This document shows positions 11,231 to 22,505 of a DNA stretch of 64,000 nucleotides, piece by piece (position 1 is the first letter of the stretch; the number at the start of each line of letters is the position of its first letter). Origin of the DNA: Rhynchopus sp. YZ270_cl-10 (lineage: Eukaryota); the NCBI GenBank assembly GCA_964035575.1, contig OZ037840.1:806001-870000 (forward strand). The letters are read 5' to 3'. Made by a program: the position numbers and the translations under genes. The notes beneath the pieces were generated by a model. That model was not told the origin of the DNA. It saw nothing but the letters and a program-made list of their open reading frames with translations, and did no database searches.

Positions 11231-12118
11231 TTAAGTTCATCTGGCGGGACTAATAACAGTGTCGTGGTGTATCTGAATATGAGGGCGGTGAAACCGTACA
11301 GCGCAGGAAACACGAGCCGATGATAATACCACTTTCACATTGTATCACAAAACGTTTCTTTTACTATTAAATTTCCACCCCCCCTTCTCACAACAAGCGT
11401 CTGATTGCTCAGAGCAGTCTATCTTTGGCTTAGTTTCAGGAATTTTCCCCCAATTTTTTTTCTTCTTTTTGAAAACGCCCCTTTCCCTTCCCCTTCTTTT
11501 CAGTATATCTCAAATCATGACAGTATACTGCAAATGTGAACGTACATATTTTTTTTTGATAAAACAACTTGTTGTCAATTCTAAAAAGATTGGAGGCAGC
11601 GCTGCGGGCAAACAAAACAGATTGAATTCTTTTTTGCACAGTGCCTTGCATCCGCCCTGAGGTGTCTCCATGTTATCAAAATCACTTTTTTTTTCCCCCC
11701 AGAAAGATGGGAACATTTTTATTGAATCCCTCCTCCTATGCTAACAATTTATTGATTGCATGTTGAAAATACCTTTTTTTTTTTCCTTTTGCTTTTTACT
11801 CAAAGCCCCCCCTTTGTTCAATGCGCCAACTACAGTAGAAAAAAAAAATCCCAATTTTCTTTTTTTTTTCTCTTCCTCAGTTCTAGAAAAAGGACTCTGG
11901 CACCTCCTGCAAAAGCGTACTCCTTCTATTTCCTCTCTTTTAAGGATCCTGTGAAGAAAACCCGTGGCTACTATCTAGTGATAGTAGTCTATAATCAAAC
12001 AAAAATTTTTTCTCTTCCTCAAAAAGCTGGTGGATAAAACTCCATCTTTCGATTGAAAGTTATATATTAATCCTCTTCCTCAAAAATCCACAAAAAACAC
12101 CCCCCCTACAGAGGAAAA

Positions 12119-13318
12119 ATGCATCTGACTGTAAAGGGATTTGGTAAAAATGACTATGTGATTGAGGTGGGTGAGGATGACACAACGGATACGATGCGGC
12201 AGAAGGTTGCATCTGCAGCGGGGTTGTGCGCAGACAGCTTTCATATGGGCTTTGGGGGGAAGGAGGAAGGAGAGGACATCACAGAGCTGAGTGATGGGGA
12301 TACGATCTGGTTGGCGAAGACGAAGAAGTATTTGGCCATTACAGCTCTTCATGCGTTGGGGGAGATGGATATTAGCGCAGAACGGTTGGAGGGTGTGGAG
12401 GATCCGGAGGTGGCGTGCCTGCTTTTGCAGGCGGAGGTTGCGACTGTTATTCCAAAAAAGTTTTTGTCTGCCGTCGTTTTGAGCAGAATCGACCTCAGCA
12501 TGGAGTCAGATGTTACTGAGATTGGCGACGACTTTCTTGCACATTGCGAAACACTTGACAGCGCGGACCTCTCAGGGTTGTGCAACGTGACGCACATCGG
12601 AAACCAAGCCTTTTTCCGTTGCGTATCATTAACCGCAATCGATCTTACAGGGTTGCGCAGTGTGCTTCGTGTCGGCAGCTTCTTCCTAGCGCACTGCACA
12701 GAACTGCAAGAGGTTGACCTCTGCTCATTCAATCGCGTCACCCAAATCGGGGACAGCCTGCTAGCCTATGGAACTGCATTGACATCGATCAATCTTTCAA
12801 GATTGGTCAATGTGGTGCAAATCGGGAATTTTTTTCTTTCATATTGTGAGCGTCTGAAGAAGGTAGATTTAGCGTTTGGTAAGGTGTCGCGGATAGGAGA
12901 CGGCTTTCTTTCGCGGTGTGCACGCTTGGAGGCGGTAGATCTGTCTGTGTTTGAAAAGGTCACGCAGATCGGCGACGGCTTTTTGTTTCACTGCGAAGGT
13001 CTGTTTTCCGTTGATTTGTCGGGTTTAAGGAATGTGGCGCAAATAGGGAACGGCTTTCTCTACCGTTGCTCGTCGCTGCGTGCGATCGATATGGGGCCGT
13101 TGGGTGGCGTCTCGCTGCTCGGGGACGGCTTTCTCTCGCGATGTGAATCCCTCATGATCGTAGATCTGTCCCCATTAATAAACGTGGTGCAAGTAGGAGA
13201 TGGTTTCCTCTTCAATTGTGAGGCGCTAACAGCGATCCACGTCTCTGGAACCAGCAAGGCGCTTCAAGACGAAGTCGCAGCGTACACAGTCGAAAGACGT
13301 TGGATTCAAGTTGCATGA
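12119..13318 (+). CDS. Ubiquitin-like domain plus leucine-rich-repeat (BspA-like/LRR_5-type) protein
   Basis: 399 aa. N-terminal MHLTVKGFG..VIEVGEDDTTDTMRQKV Ubl-like fold, then about 10 repeats of LxxVxxIGDxFLxxCxxLxxVDL. CTACAG acceptor-like site just upstream of the ATG. Confidence 0.9.
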   Translation: MHLTVKGFGKNDYVIEVGEDDTTDTMRQKVASAAGLCADSFHMGFGGKEEGEDITELSDGDTIWLAKTKKYLAITALHALGEMDISAERLEGVEDPEVACLLLQAEVATVIPKKFLSAVVLSRIDLSMESDVTEIGDDFLAHCETLDSADLSGLCNVTHIGNQAFFRCVSLTAIDLTGLRSVLRVGSFFLAHCTELQEVDLCSFNRVTQIGDSLLAYGTALTSINLSRLVNVVQIGNFFLSYCERLKKVDLAFGKVSRIGDGFLSRCARLEAVDLSVFEKVTQIGDGFLFHCEGLFSVDLSGLRNVAQIGNGFLYRCSSLRAIDMGPLGGVSLLGDGFLSRCESLMIVDLSPLINVVQVGDGFLFNCEALTAIHVSGTSKALQDEVAAYTVERRWIQVA

Positions 13319-13897
13319 TTTTTCTAGAATTTCGTGAATGAGAGAGGGAGGCGAGAGGCTTAGGGCCATCTTACAAAACTTTTCTTTCTTTTTTCGAGCT
13401 GTCGCAAGAGTGATTTGTGAATAATCTGTGGATTACGAAAAAGACAAATTTTAAATTTTTAAAATATCTGGCTTCTCTGTTGGTTGGCTAAGCGACGAAA
13501 CGCTTCATCTCTACTAACCCTTTTTTAAAATCCACAGATGTAAACCACGAAATAGACGTAGGACCACATGGTCGGGGACCCATAGTGGTGCACTGCTCAT
13601 GTACCAAAATACACTGTTCACGAGAGGGCTTTTGTGTTTCAAGGCAATTTTGTTTAAAAATAAGATAAGGTGACTAAGCACGAGAGGCTTAGGATCATCT
13701 TATAAACTTTTCTTTGTTTTTGTTTCCCTTTCTTTTTAAAAACGTGCACGGAGAAGCACATTCACCTTTTCAAGTTTTTTTTTCTTTGTTGAAGTATTTC
13801 TCAAAAAATAAAGGTAAGACCAACCCCTGCTTTCTCATTTGTGTCTATTTTGGAGGTTTTTTGCTTTTTGTGAATTTCTGCACAACGCCCACGCTAG

Positions 13898-14079
13898 GCC
13901 CAATGATGGGCGGATACGGTAGGATACGGTCGTATCCCAGGATTAGGGAAACGGATACGGTATCGCACGTATCCTGTATCCTGTATCCCTAATCCTTAAC
14001 AATCCTTAACGTATCCTTACGTATCCCTATCCGTATTTATCCATATCCTCTGTATCCTCGTATCCTGCCATCACTGTGC
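13898..14079. mobile_element. PIF/Harbinger-like MITE with GGATAC/GTATCC subterminal repeats
   Basis: Imperfect TIR GCCCAATGATGGGCGGATACG / CGTATCCTGCCATCACTGTGC. TAG on both flanks (13895-13897, 14080-14082). Confidence 0.7.
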
Positions 14080-14215
14080 TAGGGGCGTTTTGCGCCATCA
14101 ATTTTACTGTCATTGGGATGGCTTCCCACGCCCTCACCCACCTATGTCTGTTCCTCCTTCTGTCACACATTAAAACCCACTCGCCTTCACACCTCTGCCA
14201 GATTCTGCTGGACAA

Positions 14216-16072
14216 ATGGATTCGCTAGATTCCCTAGATAGCCGAGGTACCATAGATCCCGTAACGGAAAATGTGACGATGGTGGGCAAGATAAAGCGTT
14301 GGGTCAAATCGGTCTTGTCCATGGACGGCACACTAAGCAAGAGGAAGGAGCGGAAACGTGGTCTGTTCTGTTTCTTCAACCTCTTCTGTTTAATGGCAAC
14401 GGTCGCCTCTGTCCCAGCGAATATCGAAGTCTTTCAACTAGAGCCTATGTTTGGAGTAGCGTACGGTGTGGTGATCCTGGTGTCGCTCTTGGGGGTGTTG
14501 GCTATGGTATCCAAGATGAATATGACACCTGGGGTGATCGTATTGTGTGCGTACGGCTACGGGTTTGCCACATTCCTGTCAGATCTGACCAACCGTGTGA
14601 AGGGGGAAACAATGTGGGCACCCTTAGTGCTCATAGTCGACCTCCTGCTTGTGATGGAGGTGCCCACACGCTACACAGTGGTGTTCGTTGCTGGTGTCAC
14701 AGTGTGGCTGTGTGCTGTGGCGTCGGAGGAAATGTTTCGCTTTGGCCTGTTCGACCTTCCCGGGTTGCTCCCGCAACACGGTGTTCACGGGAGATGGGAG
14801 CTACACCGTAAGCAAGGTGAGTGCACGGAGCTTCCCTGTGCCAGGGACAGTGGTCTGCTGGTGTCCTCGTTGGCAGTGTTCCTGATTGACTTCATCGCAA
14901 CAAGGGGGTTTGCACGCGACATCCTGAGAGAGCAAAAGTCGATGGAGCGGACGATCAACGCTGTGCAGGAGATTGCCTCCCTTCTTGCGGGGTACGACGT
15001 GGAGGAGGTGGCGGAGCTGCTGGAGGCTCATGAACACGAGCTGCCTGAGGGGATGACGACGGCACTGCGGAGTCTTGAACAGAACCTGCGTGTGTACAAG
15101 GCGTACCTCCCGCAGACGTGTCTGTCGTTTGAGAGACGGGCGACTGAGGCGTGCGAATTGCACGAGGTGTCTTTCCGTACTGGTACGACAGACGCTTCTC
15201 TGTCGTCTGTGTCATCTGGAGGTGGAAGAAGAAAGACGTTGGTACAGCAGACTTTGGACCTCTCGTTCACAAATGCAACACTGCTGACACTGAACATCAA
15301 AGACACGTTGCACCGCTTGGAGGAGGACAGAGCACGCTTCTCCGACCTGTTCACAACTCTTCTTCAGAAGACGTTGCAGGCAACAGAAGTACGCCGTGGG
15401 ATGGTGGACGTCTTTGTTGGGGACAGGATCCACTGCTCGTTCAACACATCAAAGCAGTGTGCACCACACGCAACCTCAGCACTGCACGCTGCCACATTGC
15501 TGCTCCGTTGTGATGACATTGCACCACACGTGAACATGGGAGTTGCGACCGGGAGGGTACTGCGTGGTGACATGGGGTGCGAAGTGATGCGCCGCTTCAG
15601 CATGGTGGGCACACTTGTACATGACGTGAACGTGCTGGAACGTGCAGGCCGTGTGTTGGGGTGCAATGTGCTCTGCAACCGCCTCTGCTTCAGCGACGGT
15701 GAATGCGAACACGACCTGCGTCTGGTTCCTTGCAAGGTGGAAGTTGGTGAGTCCCGTGTGGAGGTTGTTGCTGAGTTGGTTGTGCTGAAGGAGGCAGTGG
15801 CGCACAGACAAGAAGAAGAGTGGATGTACATGCTGCAAGGAAACAAGCAGTGCGATGAGTACAACACCGCAGTGCGTGGGTACCTGCGGGGTAATGTGTC
15901 TGCCTCTCAGGCAGCAGCAGCAGCCGCAATCGCGTTAGGAAAACCCGTTGGCGATAATAGTGATGGCGACATTCCTGAGTTCTCGGAGGTGTGCGAAGTT
16001 TTACAGCTTCCCGTGCAGACGAGGCAGATTGCGAACATGAACACAAACTCTTCCGATGCTTGTGTGAAGTGA
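14216..16072 (+). CDS. Multi-pass membrane receptor adenylate/guanylate cyclase-like protein with a degenerate class III cyclase domain
   Basis: 618 aa. About 6 TM segments homologous to the 18401 gene (RFGLFDLPGLLPQ, NLRVYKAYLP). Cyclase-like motifs GMVDVFVGDRIHCSFN and GVATGRVLRGDMG, but the first metal-binding Asp and the NxAxR motif are absent. Confidence 0.85.
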   Translation: MDSLDSLDSRGTIDPVTENVTMVGKIKRWVKSVLSMDGTLSKRKERKRGLFCFFNLFCLMATVASVPANIEVFQLEPMFGVAYGVVILVSLLGVLAMVSKMNMTPGVIVLCAYGYGFATFLSDLTNRVKGETMWAPLVLIVDLLLVMEVPTRYTVVFVAGVTVWLCAVASEEMFRFGLFDLPGLLPQHGVHGRWELHRKQGECTELPCARDSGLLVSSLAVFLIDFIATRGFARDILREQKSMERTINAVQEIASLLAGYDVEEVAELLEAHEHELPEGMTTALRSLEQNLRVYKAYLPQTCLSFERRATEACELHEVSFRTGTTDASLSSVSSGGGRRKTLVQQTLDLSFTNATLLTLNIKDTLHRLEEDRARFSDLFTTLLQKTLQATEVRRGMVDVFVGDRIHCSFNTSKQCAPHATSALHAATLLLRCDDIAPHVNMGVATGRVLRGDMGCEVMRRFSMVGTLVHDVNVLERAGRVLGCNVLCNRLCFSDGECEHDLRLVPCKVEVGESRVEVVAELVVLKEAVAHRQEEEWMYMLQGNKQCDEYNTAVRGYLRGNVSASQAAAAAAIALGKPVGDNSDGDIPEFSEVCEVLQLPVQTRQIANMNTNSSDACVK

Positions 16073-16341
16073 GCAACAGTCTAGGTGTCTCCCCCTTTTT
16101 ATGTGAGGAAGAAACCAAAACGGTGTAATGAAGCTTGTGAAATGAGAGTGGAGGTTGTTTCGTATTGTTTCATTCTTCCCCTCACACTTCGCAGGAAAAA
16201 ACTCTTTTTTCGTTCGCGAGTTTGTTTTGCGTCTTCTGCAATTTACAATTTTTTTTTTGGCCCCGTACGAAGCTGGTGGATAAAACTCCATCTTTCGATT
16301 GAAAATTATATCTTAATCTTTTTTTTTTGGCCCCGTATCAC

Positions 16342-17406
16342 CAGGGTCCTCAACCGTAGACAAAGTCTGGCCACAGATTTGTCTAAGTTAAAAAAAAAGG
16401 CTAAAAAAAAATTTTCGCGCTCCGCGCGAAAAGGTCCTGTACAAAGCTAAAAATTGGGGGCTTTTTTTTTTGGTGTTCGTGAGGTTGGGATTGTTCGTGT
16501 TGGAGTGCGTGGGACCTAAGAAGACAACATCGCCGTCAGAAGAGTACTCGTCGACATCATCGATTTCCATTGCTGCCTCGGGTTGCTCGGATGCTGCGTT
16601 GCGTCTCACTGGCACACATTGCTCCTCCTCCTCTTCTTCGGACGTTGAATCCACGTACTTAACAGCACTCACCTGTGGAGCCATCATCACCACACGTTTC
16701 TTCACCTTCTTGCCTTGCGACACCTGGCTCTGCACAGACACGGCAGAGGCATCGCTGTCTCCCCCCTTCTCTGCTTCGTTCATGGCGAACTCATGCGCCT
16801 CCGCAACGATCGTCAGGATCGTCTTCCGCTTGCTCCCCTCCCTGTCGTCGTCCGCCAGTTTGGCGCGATCAAACTCCTTCAACCAGAGTTTGAGCACCTT
16901 GTTGGTGTCGTTCTGGTGGTTTTTAAACCCCCTCACCGTCCCCTCCGCCACAAGAAAAAGGTGAAGGGAAGCGAGCCGGGGTGTCGGACCATCGGGGATG
17001 GACTTGTACTTGCCTGAAGACCACAGGTCGTAGTGCGTATCCCCTTTGTTGGGTTCCACCACACGTACCACAGGTGCCGCAACAGCTCCCTTCTTGAACA
17101 TGGACACGATGGTGGGCTGTGCTTTGGAGGTCTTGGCAGTGGCAGGCATTTTTGCGGATGAGTTTGTTCAATTGTAGTTAGTCTGAGGAGGTGGCTTGTG
17201 TGGGTGGGTACAATGGGGTCCGCGCAGGTGAGGACTGAGGGAGTCTTGAGGGAACTCATTTTTTTTTTTGTTTTCAGTAAAGCTTCTTCTCTTTCAAACC
17301 ACCCAAAAACCCAAAACCCAGGTTTTGTCTAACTTAGACAAAGCGTTTTTCAAAAAAAAAAAAATTGTCTAAGTTAAGGCCTAACTTAGACAGGTTGAGG
17401 ACCCTG
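16342..17406. mobile_element. hAT-like non-autonomous element (1065 bp) carrying a cargo ORF
   Basis: Perfect 14-bp TIR CAGGGTCCTCAACC / GGTTGAGGACCCTG. 8-bp TSD CGTATCAC at 16334-16341 and 17407-17414. TGTCTAAGTT/AACTTAGACA subterminal repeats. Confidence 0.93.
16388..17149 (-). CDS. Transposon-borne hypothetical protein with an N-terminal PIP-box-like motif and an acidic low-complexity tail
   Basis: 253-aa ORF with coding-like composition, the only credible minus-strand gene, lying wholly within the TIRs. QPTIVSMF near the N-terminus. The C-terminal end is uncertain because it runs through homopolymers. Confidence 0.65.
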   Translation of the reverse strand: MPATAKTSKAQPTIVSMFKKGAVAAPVVRVVEPNKGDTHYDLWSSGKYKSIPDGPTPRLASLHLFLVAEGTVRGFKNHQNDTNKVLKLWLKEFDRAKLADDDREGSKRKTILTIVAEAHEFAMNEAEKGGDSDASAVSVQSQVSQGKKVKKRVVMMAPQVSAVKYVDSTSEEEEEEQCVPVRRNAASEQPEAAMEIDDVDEYSSDGDVVFLGPTHSNTNNPNLTNTKKKSPQFLALYRTFSRGARKFFFSLFF

Positions 17407-18400
17407 CGTATCACTTGATACCATTTCCATGGATAGACAGGAAAGGGGCAGCACACAGGTGGTTCCGTGCTGGTTTTTCTACAGAACTGACTCGTAGGGC
17501 GTGTCTCCCAAACAACAATAAAGTAAATGAATAAAAAATGTTGCAAGCAAAAAGGAAGAACAAAACATATGTGGTTTTTCAAAGGGGACTATAAAAAATG
17601 ATTACATGCCTTTTACTAACGTATCAGAGTTACTATTTTTTGTGTTTTTTTTTGAGACCTTGTTGTCCATAACCAAACAAATTTTTTTTTGGTTGTGGCG
17701 TTGCAGATTTCCGGGTGTCGAGTCGACGCTCGCTATTGTTGGTACCTTTGCGGATTTCCCCCCCACCCCACCCTTTTGAATACAACTGTATGATTCTTAG
17801 GACTGAAACAGGGTTATTGTCAGAAACCAATCTACTTTCAACTTGTGCACGAAGCATTTTACTTTTCTTTTTTACATTTTGCAAAACATACAGCATAAAA
17901 AGAAAGATGGGACCATTTTTGTTGAGTGCGTGGCGCGGATCTAATGTTCGACTTTCTTGAAAGATACGTGCACTGAAGGGGCACCTTTTTTTTTTGTGAT
18001 TTTTAATAAGAACCGCTTTCCTACCAAATAACTTGTCGACCGAAAAATATTGGCGGGTTTTGGGGGTTTTCTTGCAATTGGCGACTTTTTTGGTTGCCAA
18101 AATTACTTGTCCGACTGTATGTTATTTGTCCTATTTATTACACCGTGCAATATTTGGGTGAAACTCAAAGCATGCACATAAAAAACAAACAAATAAGAGG
18201 CCGCCTCGTACCCCCTCCAGGCAAACAAAGAAGTAAAAGAATGCCCTTCCTCAGTCTGGAAGTATCACCTCAATCGGTTACCTGCCGTAAAAGCGTGTAG
18301 AGGTGACAGAGTATTATTAATCACAAAAGTATAAAAAAAAACATAAAATGAATGTTATCTCCCCTCTTTTCCGAACAGTCTTTGCTCTTTATTCCTGCAC

Positions 18401-20668
18401 ATGGCACACTTCCTCGCCTACCTGCTGTTGCACAGCACATTCGCTATTAACCTTTTGCCACTGCACATCCTGTTGCAGCAAGCCTCCCCACCACCCCACC
18501 TCTCTTCCCTTACAGATGCACAGTGGTTGCCAGATATGTACCAGACTATGCTGCGCTGTTTGGAGCCAGCACTGACGCTTGATGGGCAGACGTCTGCGAA
18601 CGAGCGGAAGAAGCGGACGCTGTTTTTTCTGTTCTTCGTTATGACGGGGCTTTTTACAGCACTGGACTTTCTTAGTAGCTTGGGCGAACGTTACGCTGCC
18701 ACGTCCGTGGGGACAATTAATTTGTTGGTTATCTCAGCAGCATGTGTGTGCAGTGTGCTCCTCAAGATCAAGATCCACGACTGCACTGCTGCCTTCGCCA
18801 TTTTTGGTGTCTCCTTCACCATCTTCTGCTGGGACCTGGCCGCTCGGGTACGTCTCGACAGTGCGTGGCCATTGCTTGTCCTGTGTGTGGATATGCTGTT
18901 GGTCATGGAGCTGCCTGCACGCTACAGTGTTGGTCTTGTGGTGTTCACGTGTGTGTGGCTTCTGGTGTTGGCAGCGGAACAAAGCCTTAGGTTTGGCCTG
19001 TTTGACCTTCCTGGGCTTCTACCACAGGAGGGTGTCAATGGACGCAAGGATCTGGTAAGAAAAATGTCTGAATGCAGCTCGCTGCCGTGCCCCGTGCCAT
19101 TCCCACCTCCGATATTGTTCACGTCGCTTGCAGTGTTCAGCATAGACTTCCTCGCAACACGAAGCTTCGCCGCACAGGTGCTGAAGGAGCAGGCAGCAAT
19201 GGAGAGGACGATCAGTGTGGTGCAGGAGATTGCGAGTCTGCTTGCCAAGTACGATGTGGAGGGTGTGGCGGTGATGCTGAAGGTGCAAAGGGACGAGCTC
19301 CCAGAGGAGATGCACGCAACACTGCAGAGGATGGAGGAGAACCTGCGGAAGTACCGTCCCTACCTCCCTGCAGCGCTGTTTGAGGAGGAGGGTGGTGCGC
19401 CAAGCGCGTCTGTGCCGCCACCTGTGCTTGTGAACGACGTGGGAACGATTGTCTTTACAGACATCCGTTCGTCGACGTCGATCTGGGAGTGTGCGCCAGA
19501 AGGGATGTGTGCTGCGCTGAAGATCCACAACGCTGTGCTGCGTGAGGTGATGCAGGTGTTTGGTGGGTACGAAGTGAAGACAATCGGCGACGCCTTCATG
19601 GTTGCCTTCGCAACTACAGCTGACGGTGTGAACTTTGGCCTGAAGGTGCACGAGCGTCTTTTGGAAGCAAACTGGCCTGCGTCGCTGCTTGAGGAGGCAC
19701 CGATCTGTGCTGAACAGGGACCACTTTGGGGTGGACTGACTGTGCGCATTGGTGTGAACAGTGGTCCTGTGACTGTGGAGCAGAACACACTGACGGGACG
19801 GACAGACTACTTTGGACACACGGTGAACGTTGCATCACGTCTTGAGAGCACATGCACACCAGGAGCTGTGGCAGTACTTTGTGACCTGTGGACTTCTGTC
19901 TGTGGGTTGTGCACTGCTGTTGCTAGTGAGGCTGAAGCACTTGACTTGAAGGGTGTGTCACAGCCAATGCGTGTGCGTTGCTTGTGGCCTGCTTCACTTG
20001 CGGGGCGAGCACACAACCCTCTTGCTGATGTGGACATGTGTGCACACTCAGTAGCCATGTCTATCAAGGGATGCGGGATGTCAGTTAAGTCACTGGGGTC
20101 ATCAATTCGCAGCTCAGCTGGGTCAGAGTGCGCATCTCCCATGCTGCGCACACAACTGGGTCGTCAGGTGACCGGCACTGTCGGTGTTGTGGACATTGAA
20201 GTGGGTGACGAATCTGCCCTGAAAGCACTGCACACAATGAACGCAGGACTTGCAACACTCACGATTACCCTGGACCAGAGCGGTGGGAGCCTGGTGACAC
20301 TGCTTGGGAGCTGTGTGTGCGTTGGGTGGAACGTGACCCGTTCGGCACCTGCACACATGGAGAACGCGGTGCGGTTTGCACAACGGATGATGGCGAAGAC
20401 TGCGTACTTCAAGGGTGCTGGTGTTGTGAGTGGTCCTGTGCAGCACGGGGACATTGGCAGCCACAAACAACGCTTTGTGACAGTGTTGGGGCACATTGTG
20501 CGACGGAGCTGGACGCTGTGTGAAGAAGCTGTGCGTGAGGGGGGCACATGCCTTTACGAACCCGACAGCACAACACTGCCGTCTGCACTTGAAGACACTC
20601 TTGTGCAACACAAGGGTGGTGGCTACAGAGTGGTTCAGGAGAGCAGGGACAGAGTGGAGTGCATTTGA
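18401..20668 (+). CDS. Receptor-type adenylate cyclase: TM bundle, one intact class III domain and a second degenerate cyclase domain
   Basis: 755 aa (the true start may be a downstream ATG near 18536/18548). TIVFTDIRSST, GYEVKTIGDAFM and DYFGHTVNVASRLES retain both Asp, the ATP-specifying Lys/Asp and the Asn/Arg pair. Second domain remnants GVVSGPVQHGDIG and RFVTVLG. Confidence 0.93.
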   Translation: MAHFLAYLLLHSTFAINLLPLHILLQQASPPPHLSSLTDAQWLPDMYQTMLRCLEPALTLDGQTSANERKKRTLFFLFFVMTGLFTALDFLSSLGERYAATSVGTINLLVISAACVCSVLLKIKIHDCTAAFAIFGVSFTIFCWDLAARVRLDSAWPLLVLCVDMLLVMELPARYSVGLVVFTCVWLLVLAAEQSLRFGLFDLPGLLPQEGVNGRKDLVRKMSECSSLPCPVPFPPPILFTSLAVFSIDFLATRSFAAQVLKEQAAMERTISVVQEIASLLAKYDVEGVAVMLKVQRDELPEEMHATLQRMEENLRKYRPYLPAALFEEEGGAPSASVPPPVLVNDVGTIVFTDIRSSTSIWECAPEGMCAALKIHNAVLREVMQVFGGYEVKTIGDAFMVAFATTADGVNFGLKVHERLLEANWPASLLEEAPICAEQGPLWGGLTVRIGVNSGPVTVEQNTLTGRTDYFGHTVNVASRLESTCTPGAVAVLCDLWTSVCGLCTAVASEAEALDLKGVSQPMRVRCLWPASLAGRAHNPLADVDMCAHSVAMSIKGCGMSVKSLGSSIRSSAGSECASPMLRTQLGRQVTGTVGVVDIEVGDESALKALHTMNAGLATLTITLDQSGGSLVTLLGSCVCVGWNVTRSAPAHMENAVRFAQRMMAKTAYFKGAGVVSGPVQHGDIGSHKQRFVTVLGHIVRRSWTLCEEAVREGGTCLYEPDSTTLPSALEDTLVQHKGGGYRVVQESRDRVECI

Positions 20669-20701
20669 TGACAGTTGCAATATATCAGTTTGGTTTTGAT
20701 T

Positions 20702-21049
20702 ATGTTATTTGTCTTCTTTATTACACAGTGCAATATTGAGTGAAGCTAAAAACATGCACATAAAATGAATATTCTCTCCCCTCTTTTCCGAACAATCTTT
20801 GCTCTTTATTCCTGCTTCGACCACAAGAGGGTGTCAATGGACGCAAGGAGCTGGTACTCGCAGGTGCTGAAGGAGCAGGCAGCAATGGAGAGGACGATCA
20901 GTGTGGTGCAGGAGATTGCGAGTCTGCTTGCCAAGTACGATGTGGAGGGTGTGGCGGAGATGCTGAAGGTGCAAAGGGACGAGCTCCCAGAGGAGATGCA
21001 CGCAACACTGCAGAGGATGGAGGAGAACCTGCGGAAGTACCGTCCCTAC
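20702..21049 (+). pseudogene. Internally deleted, truncated duplicate of the 18401 cyclase gene and its upstream region
   Basis: Pieces match ~18119-18182, ~18344-18397, ~19021-19056 and ~19172-19363 in order, the last nearly identical. It ends exactly at a TIR element. Confidence 0.9.
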
Positions 21050-21744
21050 TAAAGGGGGGGCCCAAATAAGTTTACCCCCAAATAATAGCTATTTTCCCAA
21101 ATAACTTTTTTTTTTCTCAGATTTTGGGTGCCGAAAAAGTTACCGAATAACTTCGCCCCCTCTCACCTCCTTTTTTATTTTTCAAAATTTTCCCCCAAAC
21201 TGATAGTGTACTATATAAAATGGCGCCGCAGGCGAAAAAAATTTATGGTACGGTGTAAAAAGCTAGTTTTTTACACCACAGATATAATCATCTAGGCGGC
21301 AGCCACGCTGGAGAAGGAAGTCTGGGGCGAAACAGATTTAAAGCAGCATCATCATTCGGGTGGTCGGGTCTTCTGGGGTCTTTACCAAACTACAAAACAG
21401 GAAAACAGAAAATAAGAGTTGACCCTCCCGCCGACTCCCGACTTTTGGACCCCCAACCCCCGACCTCTGGTGCTGTCCTGCTACTGTGTACTATGAGGAA
21501 ATTGATCAAAAACGAGAACTTGTCCATTTTGGCAAATTGACCCCACCACTGGCCGGACGGATTCCAAAAATGCAAATACCGGTGTCTAAAAGCTCCACCA
21601 AGTTGGCAACGAGAAAAAACCCTGTTTTCAGTGCCCAAATAAGTTTACCCCCAAATAACTTAGGTTCCAAATAACTTTTTTTTTTGCCGCGATTTTGGCT
21701 TTTCAAAGTTACCGAATAATATCGTTATTTGGACCCCCCCTTTA
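21050..21744. mobile_element. Non-autonomous TIR element (695 bp), no TSD visible
   Basis: TIR TAAAGGGGGGGCCCAAATAA / TTATTTGGACCCCCCCTTTA (1 mismatch). CCAAATAA subterminal repeats at both ends. Confidence 0.8.
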
Positions 21745-22469
21745 TGTTGAAAATACTATTTTTTTTTTTTATTATAAGACATGCATGCATTTCTAGTGAA
21801 ATTTTTCAGTATCCACGAGTCGTTTTTTCCCTCCCGTGCTCCCCATCTCTCACACATACATTACATCTTCATCAGGAAAATTGTCAATTTTTCGTTCATT
21901 ATTGTGAACAGCGTTTGGTGTTTTTCAAAAAAAAAAAAAAATGTGTGACTGAGTGTGGGGATGCGTTCAAGAATTAAACTCTTCCCCCCAAACCCCCTTT
22001 CATCTCTAGTTTTCTTTATCCAAACGTCGAGTGGACGCGTAATAATTTTTTTTTGTAAATCAAGGTACTTGACAATAGGAAATAGAAACGACGGAAGGTG
22101 CGTGCCCGCCAGCTTGTGTTTTTCTCATTCATTGTTTTTTCTCTCTCACACACAACACACACTTCAGCGAAAAAACACACCAAGCTTGCGGAGCGATAAA
22201 CGAAAAAAGTTGTTTTTCATTGTTTTCTTTTTATTCAGAACCGGAAGTTAGTTTCTATTTTTGATTTTTTGATAACTTTGTTGGAGTAGTTTGCCTCTGC
22301 TACCAGCTGTGCGATCTCCACTTTTCCAGAAAGTTCATAATGTGCAATTTCAGGTTTTCGAAACAACAAAGTTACTGATCCAGAGATTGAATATTTTTCA
22401 AAGCACGAGCCTTCTTGGGCACTTTACACCAGACTGCACCTTCCCCACACCCACCCTATTTTGGCAGTA

Positions 22470-22503
<34 letters not shown>

Positions 22504-22505
22504 AT

